In this document: one piece after another, positions 36,200 to 48,700 of the stretch | How the letters are laid out: each line of letters starts with the position of its first letter | Position numbering within the stretch: the first letter of the stretch is position 1 | IMG/VR virus record: IMGVR_UViG_3300005323_000003 | Coordinates: 355 to 64,354 of that record | Direction: 5' to 3' (one strand) | Length of the DNA: 64,000 bases | From: a virus | Taxonomy: Duplodnaviria > Caudoviricetes | Notes under the pieces: model-generated | Database searches by the model: none | Seen by the model: only the letters and a program-made list of their open reading frames with translations | Told to the model about the DNA's origin: nothing | Translations under genes and position numbers: made by a program

Positions 36200-38392
36200 A
36201 TGACTTCGCAATGGCTGCCAAAAAGAATAAGCGATTTCTCTCGCGGCTATATAGATAAAGTTGATGCCAATGAACTTCCAGATGGAGCCTTAAGAGATTG
36301 CCGCAACGTTATATCAAGAACAATTGGCAGAATATCCAGCAGAAACGGTCAAGCAAAACTGAATAGCACAGAAATAGCAAGCGCTAGCATACAAGGTCTA
36401 GCGCCTTATTATTTGTCTGGGACAAAATATCTGCTGGTAGCTTGCAATGGAGCTGTTTATTATTGTAACCCTCCGTCTGGAACAATGACGCAAATTAAAA
36501 CCGGATTGGATGCGTCCGCGCTGGTTAAATTTGTTACCGTATCAATTGACGGGGAGAATCAAATTGTCGGTTTTAATGGAGTCAATACGCCGTTCAAATG
36601 GAATGGTACAACGGTTGCGGATATGTACGATTATCGAACCATAACCAGGGGTGAAACATCAACCAGCGACAACACAGTATATACGGTACTTGTTAACGGA
36701 ACAGCAATAACCTATCCTCTCCGATCGGGAAGCACGCATATTTCAGTTTGGTCTCTTGTCGCAGATATGCAAGGCACATCGGAAGGAACAGAAACGCTTA
36801 TAAACGCAGAAGATTACACGGTTAATGCCAGCGCTGGGACCATTACATTTGACACAAGCAGGGTGCAAACTGTAGATGACATAGAAAGCGAAGATGCAAA
36901 AACGGTCGGTTTTCCGTTAAACGGTTACTTCATTTCTGTACACCCATTTTTAACTGGTTGCACTGTAACAATGTATGACCGTTACGGAAATACCGTTAGA
37001 ACATTTACTGACGACACAGAAAGCGACGGATACTATGCTACGTATGCAGAAGCAAAAATAAACTGCCCAACAACCGGGATTAATTTTGCGGTTACCGATG
37101 AAGAAATGACTACTGAAGACCATCTTGTATATAATGCGCATTATCCATTTAAATCAAGCATAACGCCCGTTGTAAAGGACAAAGACAATAATACTTTGTC
37201 GCCAGCAAGTATTGACTATGAAAATGGCACAGTAACATTTTCGTCCGTTCAAACGTCGGTAGAACCGCTTGCAATTGCGTATACAGCCAACGCAACGCCG
37301 CTTGAATTGATGCCGGTTACTACCACGTATCAATGGGTAGATAAAATATATGTTGATTGCCAGTATGCTATAAGTACCTTGTCTGCGCAATACAGATATC
37401 CTGTAACGCACAAAGGGCACATATTTGCATTTGGCAACGATGAACGTATTTATTTTTCAGATATTATTGAAACCGGTTCTGAATACGAATCATGGCCACC
37501 GATTAATAATTGGCCGATTAATCTTGGCAAAGGCGAAAGTGACGGGTGTATGGTATCGATGCAAAACGAACTTTATATTTTTAGAAGCAGATCAATACAT
37601 CGCCTCAGGGGAACTACAATAGACGACATTAATGTTATAGAGGTTGTTGCAGGGATAGGATGCTCCGGCCCAAACGCTGCCGCTATGGATGAATCAGGGG
37701 ACCTTATTTATTTTATATCTGAACAAGGACTGTATTCATTTAACGGAATATCAGCAACTAATATTTCAAGAAATATGATTCCTACGCTATGGGAAGGCGT
37801 TAACGTACCGGCATTAAGTCAGGCTGCAGTCAAAGTATGGCACGGTTTAGTGTTGTTTTCTTTACCAACGCAAGGAAGCGATACAAACAATTTTGTACTG
37901 GCATATGATCCTGCAATTCCTGCGTTTTGGCCGTGGGACGCGATGTATGTTACGGAATGGACAGAAATTACAACTGCAACCGGAACAAAATTATATTCTG
38001 GCAATACGACGGAAGGATACGTGCTAGAACAAGATACCGGGACCAGTGACGCAGGAACTAATATTGCGGCATATTTTCAATTGCCGACAATTGACATGGG
38101 CGATGCATCAATACTTAAAAAAGCTCGTGACATTTACGTTGAGCATGGAGATGAATCTGTTACCTGGGCTGCCGTTTTTGTTTCTAAAGATTATGCCTCA
38201 GCTATTGAGGTTGACGCTGTAAATGCCAGCGGTGTTGTCAGAAAATATGCTCTTAAACCAGACATAACCGGAAAATGGAGATCCCTTGACATTAAGTTGT
38301 CTCATTCTCAGGCTGGTAAATTTGATGTTAGGTCCGTAAGTATCCCGTATAAGATTGACAGTAAACCAAAAGTAAAGGGGGCTATATCGTGA
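36200..38392 (+). CDS. Tail nozzle/stabilisation protein (P22 gp10 / T7 gp12-like)
   Basis: DFSRG...LPDGALRDCRNV; beta-propeller-like HKGHIFAFG, LYIFRSRSIHRL, GIGCSGP, LYSGNTTEGYVL. Confidence 0.75.
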   Translation: MTSQWLPKRISDFSRGYIDKVDANELPDGALRDCRNVISRTIGRISSRNGQAKLNSTEIASASIQGLAPYYLSGTKYLLVACNGAVYYCNPPSGTMTQIKTGLDASALVKFVTVSIDGENQIVGFNGVNTPFKWNGTTVADMYDYRTITRGETSTSDNTVYTVLVNGTAITYPLRSGSTHISVWSLVADMQGTSEGTETLINAEDYTVNASAGTITFDTSRVQTVDDIESEDAKTVGFPLNGYFISVHPFLTGCTVTMYDRYGNTVRTFTDDTESDGYYATYAEAKINCPTTGINFAVTDEEMTTEDHLVYNAHYPFKSSITPVVKDKDNNTLSPASIDYENGTVTFSSVQTSVEPLAIAYTANATPLELMPVTTTYQWVDKIYVDCQYAISTLSAQYRYPVTHKGHIFAFGNDERIYFSDIIETGSEYESWPPINNWPINLGKGESDGCMVSMQNELYIFRSRSIHRLRGTTIDDINVIEVVAGIGCSGPNAAAMDESGDLIYFISEQGLYSFNGISATNISRNMIPTLWEGVNVPALSQAAVKVWHGLVLFSLPTQGSDTNNFVLAYDPAIPAFWPWDAMYVTEWTEITTATGTKLYSGNTTEGYVLEQDTGTSDAGTNIAAYFQLPTIDMGDASILKKARDIYVEHGDESVTWAAVFVSKDYASAIEVDAVNASGVVRKYALKPDITGKWRSLDIKLSHSQAGKFDVRSVSIPYKIDSKPKVKGAIS

Positions 38393-38604
38393 GCACTGTT
38401 GTTATTAAGGAAATGGAACTTCCAAATGAAATACGAACTATTAATGAAAAAACTCCCCTGCTTTTGGGCCAAAATTTTGACGCTATTATTGCCAAATTAA
38501 ACGAAATATCAAATTACATCAATAACAACGTTGCTGCAATTGTTGAAAGCAGCGGGGAACAAATATCTGATGCAATAACGTATGGCACCGAAGAACCGGT
38601 TTAG
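38389..38604 (+). CDS. Small tail-module protein
   Basis: 71 aa; GTGA overlap. Confidence 0.6.
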   Translation: MSTVVIKEMELPNEIRTINEKTPLLLGQNFDAIIAKLNEISNYINNNVAAIVESSGEQISDAITYGTEEPV

Positions 38605-38615
38605 GTGGTGGAAAC

Positions 38616-40310
38616 ATGGCCTTTATACACCATGACAACTGTTCGTCAATTGATAACTGGACCCCTAACAGTGCATCGGAAGTATTAAGCGGTAGCGGTT
38701 CAATTCATTTCCATAAAATTGATTTATCCGGCGTAGCTCCTGGGGGAAGTTTTGCAATGTTTCCCGGTAAAACATATGCCATAAAAACAGATCATGATTT
38801 CTATGCTAAATACGAAATGCATTTTGCTATACCTTCGCCGGGACGTATCGAGGACCTTGATTTTTCAATAACATTTGCTCAGCTTGCCGGAACTGGATCA
38901 ATACATTTAGTGTTATTAGCAAAAAGAACCAGCACTCCCGGAGATTATACTGGAAAAGTACAAATAAACAGCTTTGGCACAATAATTAGCGGAGGATATA
39001 CGATTGATCTAACTATCCCAGCAATATTTGAGTTACAAAGCAGAATAAGCGGTAGTAACAAATATATAGATTTAACTTATAACGGTTCTTTAAAACAATC
39101 ATATAACGCCAATACGGTTGAAAATATTTTGCTTCAAGTTCCGGTTGTTGCCGATCAATCAGACAATACCGGCGATATAGTTTATTACATCGACGACGTT
39201 TATTTTGAATGGAGTCCAATACCGGCGACCTTAGTAGAGCTTAGTGAGCACAATATAACTTTAGTCAAATACCAGTCGCAAAATTTAGATGTAACTATTG
39301 AGCCAACGGGATATTTTGGAACAACTGAAATTATATCTAGTAATTCAGACGTTGCAACCGGGCTTGTTTATGCAGCTGGCGTAGGAGAAGCGGACATTAC
39401 ATTTCAAGTAACAACAATAGACCCTGACACCGGAGATGACGTAATTTTGTCAGATGTATGCCACGTTACGGTTCTAACTAATATTCTGCCAACACCAGCC
39501 AAGCCAACATGGAATAGTACGACATTGCATTGGGAACAAGTAACAAATGCCAGCGGATATACAATAAAATTATACGTTCAAAGCGACCAATATACCGGAT
39601 TGGAAACCACAATATACAGTATTCCTGCTGGATCAAGTTCATATGATGCATCAGAAGAAGTAGCAAACATATATACCAGCGGATTAACCAACGTATATGT
39701 AACAGCAACAATAATCGCTGAGGGTGATTACGATCCTTATTATCCATCTGATGAATCTATAGCTTCTGATGTTTGTATACCCCCAATTCTTGATACTCCC
39801 AATAAGCCAAATTGGGTAAACACTAAAATAGTTTGGAATATAATTTCTCATGCGAGTAGTTATACGGCTAATTTGTATGCAGAAAGTGATGAATATACCG
39901 GATATCTTTATAATATTTCTGGGATATCAGCAAATTATTATGATTTGTCCAGCGACATAGATAGTTTATTTGCATCGTTAACAAATTTGTTGTTGACTGC
40001 CAAAGTTATAGCCATTGGTGATTATGACCCGTATTATACATCAAATGCGTCTGAATCATCAGATTCCTATGTTCCGCCTACACTTGACCAAGTAACCCAA
40101 CCGGCTTGGGTAAACAAAGTTATAACTTGGAAAGATGTTGCAAATGCCACTGCGTATAAAGTAAGGCTATACAATGCCAGTGCAGAAGTTCTTGACACGC
40201 AAATTGTAGCGTCAGGAGTTCAACGATATGATTTTACTGACGAAATAGAAAACTACTTGCCTGCTGGCACATATACGGCAACAGTTCAAGCGTTAGCTGA
40301 GGGGGTATAA
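38616..40310 (+). CDS. Tail spike/fibre with an Ig-like domain and three FN3-like repeats
   Basis: SSNSDVATG...GVGEADITF; repeats P.W....W..V.NA..Y.V.LY. Confidence 0.65.
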   Translation: MAFIHHDNCSSIDNWTPNSASEVLSGSGSIHFHKIDLSGVAPGGSFAMFPGKTYAIKTDHDFYAKYEMHFAIPSPGRIEDLDFSITFAQLAGTGSIHLVLLAKRTSTPGDYTGKVQINSFGTIISGGYTIDLTIPAIFELQSRISGSNKYIDLTYNGSLKQSYNANTVENILLQVPVVADQSDNTGDIVYYIDDVYFEWSPIPATLVELSEHNITLVKYQSQNLDVTIEPTGYFGTTEIISSNSDVATGLVYAAGVGEADITFQVTTIDPDTGDDVILSDVCHVTVLTNILPTPAKPTWNSTTLHWEQVTNASGYTIKLYVQSDQYTGLETTIYSIPAGSSSYDASEEVANIYTSGLTNVYVTATIIAEGDYDPYYPSDESIASDVCIPPILDTPNKPNWVNTKIVWNIISHASSYTANLYAESDEYTGYLYNISGISANYYDLSSDIDSLFASLTNLLLTAKVIAIGDYDPYYTSNASESSDSYVPPTLDQVTQPAWVNKVITWKDVANATAYKVRLYNASAEVLDTQIVASGVQRYDFTDEIENYLPAGTYTATVQALAEGV

Positions 40311-40311
40311 T

Positions 40312-41187
40312 ATGGCTGTTTATTTAGACGGAACAGAGTCAATTTTATCTCCATCGCTGGTAACGCATGAGTACACACTTACTATGTCATTAACTCCAGG
40401 AGCTGGCGGAATCATAATACCAACAGCGGGAGAACATGCCTATATTGAGGGAAAAGTTGTTTTGCTGGTAGCTGCTCCTGAAACTGGCTATAAATTTGTT
40501 AGATGGGACGGCGACGCGGTAGAAGATACAGATTCCATGACAACGCAGATAACAATGGACAGTGACAAAACGGTTGAAGCTGTTTTCTTTGCGCAAGTAA
40601 CGCTCACGTTGGTGGCAAGTGGGGGAGGCACAACAGTCCCGGCTCCAGCCGGATCAATAATTTACAAAAAAGATGAAGTTGCTACAATAAAAGCAGTCGC
40701 TAATGACGGTTATGAATTAAACGCATGGGGCGGCGATGCTTCGGCAGAAACAGAAGACACAATATATATAACAATGGATGCTGATAAAATTGTTACTGTT
40801 AGCTTTAAACAGACAACCGAAACAACATCTACAGACAAATATCTATATTTTAACAACAGCAAAAACAAGGCTTACTGGTATGTAAACGGTAAGCCTGTAT
40901 TTTTCGCAACCGCAAAACACGGAAACTTAAACGATCTTGATAAAGATCAACATGAACAATATTTAAATACTACAAGACACGATGTAACGGAACGTCATAC
41001 ATTGGGTACGATTGTTCCGCAAGATGATTCAAAGCTGGACAAAAATATTGGTGATTCTTTGCCAACGGCCAGCGCCGCTTATCGAGGTCAATTTTACACG
41101 CTTAGAGGATCTCCAGATACATTACACTGGTGCAGGTCAACAGATGGCGGTACGACTTTTGAATGGAAAACCGTAACACTTTCTTAA
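40312..41187 (+). CDS. Virion protein with two InlB-B-repeat-like (Flg_new) domains
   Basis: AAPETGYKFVRWDGD...ITMDSDKTVEAVF and AVANDGYELNAWGGD...ITMDADKIVTVSF. Confidence 0.7.
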   Translation: MAVYLDGTESILSPSLVTHEYTLTMSLTPGAGGIIIPTAGEHAYIEGKVVLLVAAPETGYKFVRWDGDAVEDTDSMTTQITMDSDKTVEAVFFAQVTLTLVASGGGTTVPAPAGSIIYKKDEVATIKAVANDGYELNAWGGDASAETEDTIYITMDADKIVTVSFKQTTETTSTDKYLYFNNSKNKAYWYVNGKPVFFATAKHGNLNDLDKDQHEQYLNTTRHDVTERHTLGTIVPQDDSKLDKNIGDSLPTASAAYRGQFYTLRGSPDTLHWCRSTDGGTTFEWKTVTLS

Positions 41188-41208
41188 TTTTGATGGGAGG
41201 TATATAAA

Positions 41209-42183
41209 GTGACATACACCTATAGTTTTCGGAGCGATTTAAGCCAAGTGCCGGGATATCAACGGGAAAGTACAGCAAGTTTACTTGCAAGGGCAAAAGC
41301 TGCAGCTGACCTTGCAGCAGATCCGCAAAAACAGCAAGCTCAGCGATTGGCGACGCAAAACGAAAGGGATTACTATAATAACCTTCAAAAAATGAAAGCT
41401 TCAAATGTAGGCACAAATGCAGCATTAAACTACGGAAATCAGCAAGCCAAGAAAACCGCTGCTGCAAGAGCAATAAATTCAGGGGCAATAGGTTCATCCG
41501 GGCTGCAGGATTATCTTAACAACGAAGCTGATATTGCTACGCAGGCACAAAGACTAAACATAGCAGCAACGCAATCTGCAAATGCTAATGCTGCTAACAC
41601 AGATTATCAAGGGCGAGTAAACGACATGAATACTTTGCTGTCTGACATTGAAACGAATCGAGGCAAAACGGCTAGCAGTTTATATCAGGATTACGAAGCG
41701 GCGCAAGATGCGGCGCAACAGTCCTGGAACCAAAACGCTCTTAACGTTGCTCTTGGCATAGGTTCAGGAGAATTAAACGCTGCTGATTTAGCGCAAAGAA
41801 AAGCTAATGAGGCAGCACAGGTTGCCAGTCAATTGTATGTTGCGGAATTGCCATATAACGCGCTTACTCAATACCAAAAGGGCCAGCTTGACCTTGATAC
41901 TACAATTGCTATGGGAAAAACTACTGGAAGCAAAAGCAATTCTGGCGGAAGCAGTAGAAGTTCTTCGGGCACAAATTACACCGGAAATAACGGGGTATAT
42001 AGCCTGCGAGATGTAGCTAGTCAAAACGGAATTAACGTAGCTTATGACAGTAATTCCGGAAATGTCACGATAGGTAATCGCACGTACTCGCCATCAACAT
42101 TAACGGCTATGGGAGGATATATAAGCAATGGCAGATGGCAACTCCCGTCCAGTATTATAAACGGCATACTAAACGCCAGTTAG
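41209..42183 (+). CDS. Internal virion (ejection) protein
   Basis: A/Q/N-rich helical protein in the P22 gp7/gp20 position. Confidence 0.6.
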   Translation: MTYTYSFRSDLSQVPGYQRESTASLLARAKAAADLAADPQKQQAQRLATQNERDYYNNLQKMKASNVGTNAALNYGNQQAKKTAAARAINSGAIGSSGLQDYLNNEADIATQAQRLNIAATQSANANAANTDYQGRVNDMNTLLSDIETNRGKTASSLYQDYEAAQDAAQQSWNQNALNVALGIGSGELNAADLAQRKANEAAQVASQLYVAELPYNALTQYQKGQLDLDTTIAMGKTTGSKSNSGGSSRSSSGTNYTGNNGVYSLRDVASQNGINVAYDSNSGNVTIGNRTYSPSTLTAMGGYISNGRWQLPSSIINGILNAS

Positions 42184-42193
42184 GAGGGCAAAC

Positions 42194-42769
42194 ATGAATA
42201 TACCGGTAGATTTTATTCCCGACCAGCAACATGCATTAAACCGTGCCAAGCAATTTGCTACAGCTAACGATTTATCTCTTTACCGTTATGCTCCAGGTAC
42301 AAAAACGCTAGATTCTCAAAAACTAGATGAATCAATGCGTTCTGCCAGGGCGCAGGAAGAGCTTGACGCGCAGAGGTTAGCCGAAGAGAGAAGACAGGCT
42401 GATTTGGGAAGCAAATACAATTACAGCAAGTTAGCGGCAGATACTTCTTTGGGTAATGCAAGCCTTGCTGAAAACATCAGAAGCAATAAGGCGCAGGAAT
42501 TGGCTAATGCTATGAAATTATCAAGTGCAATGGACACCACTGCAGCTAAAAGCGCAAAAAATGAAAGTTCATCGTACAAAGATCATGCTTTGCTTGTGAT
42601 GCAAAATAATTTTTTAAACGCCAAAAGCAAAGGACTTACACAGTATAATTTTGCTTCATATGTGGATTACATGAAAGCCAAAGGAGCATGGGATTTAATG
42701 AACGATGCCGATAAAGCAGCAGTATTAAAAGCAGCACAATCGTTAAGCACCAGCTTATCAGGCAGTTAA
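42194..42769 (+). CDS. Internal virion (ejection) protein
   Basis: Helical A/Q-rich protein directly before the giant ejection protein. Confidence 0.55.
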   Translation: MNIPVDFIPDQQHALNRAKQFATANDLSLYRYAPGTKTLDSQKLDESMRSARAQEELDAQRLAEERRQADLGSKYNYSKLAADTSLGNASLAENIRSNKAQELANAMKLSSAMDTTAAKSAKNESSSYKDHALLVMQNNFLNAKSKGLTQYNFASYVDYMKAKGAWDLMNDADKAAVLKAAQSLSTSLSGS

Positions 42770-42794
42770 ATAATATTTAAAAGGGGGCAAGTAA

Positions 42795-45700
42795 ATGCCT
42801 ACTTTAGACGAATTGATGCAAAGTTACGGAAGAACTTCAAATAACGCAGACAACGGCGGATCACTTGACGAGTTAATGCAAAATTATGGCAGAAAACCTT
42901 CGTCCCTTGAATCTACTAAACAAAAAAATATGTTGGCTGGACTAGGAACAACAACTGCTAAAACAGCTAAAACCAATAAAATTAAATCTGCACAGCCACT
43001 TATTTCTAACCAGCAACATCAGTCCGATTTAAATAAATCGTTCGATCCAATTAATCCAATTGTACAAGAAGCCCTTGACATAAACGCTAAACGCGGCTGG
43101 AATCAAGAAGTAAATCTTGGCTATAAGCCGCAGGGCATAGCGGGTGATATTGAAACATCCAAAATATATCGCACACTAATTGGAAACCCAGCTAACGAAG
43201 GATTTAGTCTCGGAGAAATGCTTCAAGCTATATCAATGGCAACTCCTGAAACAGCAGCATTAACCAGCAGGGCAGGAATCGGAGCGGTTAACGCTACGGG
43301 CAAAATTGCAAAGCCTGTTGCTGATGCGCTTAAATCGATTGTTAAAAAAGCTCCAACGCCAGTTAAAAAAGCAGCTGGAATAGGTGCGGCTGTTACTGGT
43401 TATGAAACTGCCAAGGGCGCATCTGACAAGGATTACGTAAACCCTATAAGCGGAAACAAAACCCTTCCTTCTCAAACCGGCGCAAGTCTCCGGGAAGGAA
43501 CGGGAAAAATGCTTGAAAATATAGGTTATACAAAACCACTGAGAGACAGTAAACTTGGCAAAGACATAAGAGATACTGGGCAAAAAATATCTGAAGGATA
43601 CGAAGTAAACCGGCAACCTTTTACATGGTCATCTTTATTGGACCCGGATTGGTACGCCAATAATGCCGCCAGCAGTTTGCCGTCTACATTGGCGCTTATA
43701 CCGCTTATGTTTGCTGGATACAAGGGAACCGGCGCAATAGCCGGAAAACTTGGAGCAGGCCCATTTGCAAAAACAATTATTTCGTCTTTGGGTGGCGCTG
43801 CCATGTCAAGACCGGTTGAAAGCTCGCTTGAAGCAGCCAACACATATCAGCAAGTATTGAGTGAAACCGGCGATAAGGATCAAGCAAACAAAGCTGCTGA
43901 TATTGTTTTTAACAAAAACTTAAAACTTGCAGGATTAGACGCTGCTCAGTTAGCACTTGCTTTTGCGCCTTCGCCTGTCAGCAAATTAGGACCGGCAAAA
44001 TCTGCTGTAGCAAAATTAGTGGCGGAAACTGGGACGGAATCATTAGAAGAAGGATACCAGCAAGCCGTTCAGCAGCAAGCAAGCGGCGCAGACAAAAGAA
44101 GCATTGTACAGCAAATACTCAACCCTACTGCCGACATGAAAGAATCTATGGCAATTGGCGGAATATTTGGCGCAGGCATGGGCGGAGCCGGAGCCATAAA
44201 CGAATACATTGCAAACGTAAAAACAGAAACCATAAAAGCATTGCCTGACCAAATTATGCCACAGGTGCAGAACCGTATGAACGAACTTACCGCTTCCGGG
44301 ATTGATAAAGCAACCGCGCTTAATACTGTTTTAGATGAAGCGGCGCAAAATCCTGGTATGGCAAAAATTATATCTGAAATAGTTAAGCCAGAAGCAGAAA
44401 AAATAATTAGCAAATATTCTAACATACCTATGCAAATAAATTACATGGGGCAAGATATTCCTGAACCAAATTATAACCAACCTATTCCAGAGATTTCCCG
44501 GCAAGAAGAAACACCACAAAATAATAAGGTAACGCCACAACAAACAAAAATTACACAGCCAACCGAAGTATACAGCAAATCAACCGGAGAAAAATATAAT
44601 GTATTAGGTCAGCCAAATGAAAACGTTTTTGTAGTTACCGACCAGAACGGAAGCCGTATTATTGTCCCGGCCGGCGACGTTGAAACCAGAACTGCACCTA
44701 AAGAAGAAGTTGCACCGCAAAATACGCAGAATATCGAGCAAAACGTTCAGAACAAGGATATTCAACAGTCTGAGGTACAAAACATCAATCCGCAAGAAAT
44801 GCAGGCTTTACAGAACGAATTAGAGGCTGGCAATCAGCAGGCGGTATCTGAACAAACTGCTCCTGTTAAAAACGCAACGGAAAGCAATAAAATTGTCCCT
44901 GGAAAAGTAACCAAAGCAAAAACTGAACGTGGAACTTCTGTTAATTCTCAATATGCAGTAGTGGACGCAAATGATGTTATTGCTTCTCATTCTACTGGAT
45001 TAAAACAAAACAAAGAATACCCGCAAGAATTGCAGCCAAGAGACAGGGGCAGGATTGCGTCGGAAGATCAAGTCACAAGAATTTTGAATAATTTAGAGCC
45101 TGAATTTTTAGGTGAAAGCCCCAAGGCATCCGAAGGCGCTCCAATTGTTGGACCGGATATGGTTGTTGAAAGCGGCAACGGCAGAATCATTGCCTTAAAA
45201 CGCGGTTACGAAAATAACCACAAGAACATGGCGGCGTATAAACAATGGATAACCAACAATGCCGAAAAGTTTGGAATTAACGCTGAACAATTAAACAATA
45301 TAAAAAATCCTGTTTTAGTTAGAGTACGCCAAAGCGAGGTTAACCGGGCTAATTTTGTTAAGGAAGCAAACGAGCAATCTGTGGCTGCTATGAGTGCAAC
45401 TGAGCAAGCCATGTCTGACGGTAAAAAACTTACTTCCGGGCTTATGTCCAGGTTTTTCCCATCAGATAACGGCGACGTACTGGCGGCATCAAATCGTGGA
45501 TTTATCGGTGATTTTGTTAAGGAAGTTATTGGCCCTTCTGAACGCGGACGCTACATAACTGCTGACGGTTCAATATCTCAGGAAGGAGCAACCAGAATAA
45601 GAAATGCTGTTTTTTCCAAGGCATATGGGAACATTGAGTCAATTGAAAAACTAGCGGAAAGCACAGATGACAACATTAAAAACATAACAAATGCAATGCT

Positions 45701-48700
45701 GATAACTGCTCCTATATTTGCAAAAATGAAAACAGCTATTGAATCAGGTGAATTGTATCCGCTCGATATCTCAGGAGAAATTGCAGACGCGGCTCGTAAA
45801 CTTTCTCAATTGAAAGAAGAAGGTATGCCGGTATCTGAATATCTTGGTCAGCAAAGCATGTTCGGGGAAGAACTGGAACCGCTTGCCAAAGACATTTTAG
45901 AAGTGTTTAATAAATATAATAGAAGCAGTAAAAAGATTGCAACAATTCTGAACGGATACGTTGACAACGTTATTTCTGCCGGCAATCCTAATCAACAATC
46001 ATTGTGGGGAAGTATTAAACCGCCAACCAAGGCAGAAGCATTACAGTCTGCTTTAAATGTATTGGAGGATACAGATGGAAAAGAAACACAAGCTACGCTT
46101 TTCGGAAACGAGGCCGTTCGTGGTCAAGAGATTGGAGAAGATAACACGGGATCGGCTGGAAAAGGAACGCAAGGAATCAAATTCAAAGCCGCCAAGCAAA
46201 ACGTAAACCAAACTGAAACGCCGGAGTTCAAAAAGTGGTTTGGCGATAGCAAGGTTGTGGATGAAAACGGCAAACCGTTGGTGGTTTATCATGGTAGCCC
46301 AAATGATTTTAATGTTTTCGATATAGAAAAAAGCGATGGCATGATATGGCTTGCAAGCAATATCAAATATGCCAATAAATTTACTAATGACAAAAGTACG
46401 CCAAAAGAGTTATACGCAAGCATCAAAAATCCATTTAATGCCAGTAATTTTCGAGGCGAAAAAACGTTATCATTTTGGAAAAATAAATTAAATAATGATG
46501 GAATTGATATAAGCAAAATTGATTGGGATAAGGTTGATTTTGCTCCACAGTACGGTAAATATTATTGGTATGACTTGTTACCTCATGCTGGCAATAATTA
46601 TGCTAAAACCGGAACACTTGACGCAATCAAAAATGCTGGTTATGACGGAATCATATCTCCATCTGAAAAACAAGAAGAAATTTCTTCAGGAAAAACTTTT
46701 GTTGCATTTTTTCCTGAACAAGTAAAATCAATCAATAACCAAGGCACTTGGAACGCAAATAACCCTGACATTCGTTACAAGGTAGAAAGGGGAGCTCAAA
46801 ATGTTTATCAAAATGAGTTCTGGCGCGAGAGCAATTATCCCTCCGGAACGACAAAAGGAATTAATTCAGAAGGGATTACTGAGACAGAACAAGGACGGTA
46901 CGTTCGACTTCTTGAACAAATCCACGGAACAGAACCAGGACAAGAAGCCTACAGAATAGTACCGGACGCGCTAAAAGACGAAAAGTTTTCTGCTGCAATC
47001 AAGATAGGAAACGAGATCGGATTAAAAGTTGTTCCGTTTGCTTATGCCAATCCAGAAAATGCAGCATTTGATGGATTTATTACGCCTGAAGGAGAAATGT
47101 TTATTGATGCCAACGGAACATTCTCTCCTGAAGCTATTGCATGGCACGAGCGCGGCCACTGGGCAAATCGTAACGCAATGGGATATGGTAATCTGGAATC
47201 GCTGGTCATACAACGCCTTGAAGATACCAACCCGGATGGAATGAAAAAGCTGGTTGAATACTACCAGGATCAATACGGCGGCACATACAATAAAGATGAT
47301 ATACTGGAAGAGTTTATTTCAGATATGTTCGCTCAGGCCTTCTCGAAAGGGGAGGCTTTTTTCACGGGCGCAGAACTGGAAGAACGGCTGAACGGGTATA
47401 TCAATGAAGTGCTTGCCAAGGTAGAAGAAGTTAACCGGTTAGGAGCTCAGAAGCAAGAAAAAACTGCTGCAAAGAGAGCTTTACCCGGTACGCCTGAGTA
47501 TCAAAGAATGATTTTGAGCGGGATAGGAACGCCGGTAGCCATGAAAGCGGTCAAGCAACAAGCAAAACCTCCGGGACCGGACACAAGTAAGCATATCGTC
47601 AGCAAACTTGAAAATAAACCGCTTGCCAACCAATTGAGCAAAGAAAACCTTGGCCGCATGTGGGGCAGATTCTACGGAAGATTTGTGGACGATCTTTACA
47701 AGCTTGATAAGTTTGACAAAGTAGTGCAAAGCAACGGGCGGCAATTAAGCGCGGCTGAAAAGGCTTATATGCTGGCAATGTCAAGCAGGTCTGCAGCGGG
47801 AACAGCTAAGTTCAATCTGGAAGAAGCAATGACTGACCGGGAATTTAACAAAGTTGGAGTTTCCCTGAAAAAAGTGCTTGAAAAAATCCCGGAAGGAAAA
47901 GAGACTGAGTTTAACGATTATTTGATTTTGCGTAACTCAATTTCCTGGATGCAGCAAGGCAAGCAAGTATATTCAAAAGAATACGGTGTATCCGAATATG
48001 TGGATAACATCGCAGCGTTAAGAAAGAAACTTGACCGCACGGACCCGGAAGATACCGAGGCACTAAGCGCACTTAATAAAGAAATTGACAACCAAATGAA
48101 TATGATCATGAATAAACTGGTTAAGCCGCGAATGGATTGGTATGAGAAAAAGATCCCTGGACTAAAGGCGGCGGCAAACGACCTAGTTAACTGGCTAAGC
48201 AAGTTTACCGAAACATGGCTGGTCAAAGATAATGGCCTGCTGACTCAGGACGCTTGGGACAAATTTAGAGAATCTCACCCGTATTATGTGCCGTTTTACC
48301 GGCAACTAAACGAAGTTGAAGAAATGAACGCTGGTAAAGGCATTCGCAGCGGTTATGCGAATCAACCGTATCAAACCAAACGGGCTAAAGGATCTCAAAG
48401 ACAAATAGTTGACCCAATAGAAAGCATAATTGAACAGGTATTCCGGTACGTTAACGCATCACGCCGCAACGAAGTTATGCAGACGGTTATCCATCAATTG
48501 TTATGGCAACCGGAAGAATTGGCTGGCTTTGCAGAGATTGACTTTGATGTGTTCAAAAATGATGCGCGCGAGGCAATTCAAGACTATTTATTTAACGAGG
48601 GCGTAGAGGGTGTTATTGACCGGCTGGACGAAGTTTTCAAAAAGCAGAATATGTATAGCAGCACCAAGCCAAACGAAGTAACCGGCATCTGGTTCGGGCA

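Noticed and set aside
24428-47744. Numerous antisense or alternate-frame ORFs inside the portal, scaffold, MCP and giant genes
   Set aside because: Shadow ORFs without RBS or recognisable motifs, fully overlapping long conserved genes
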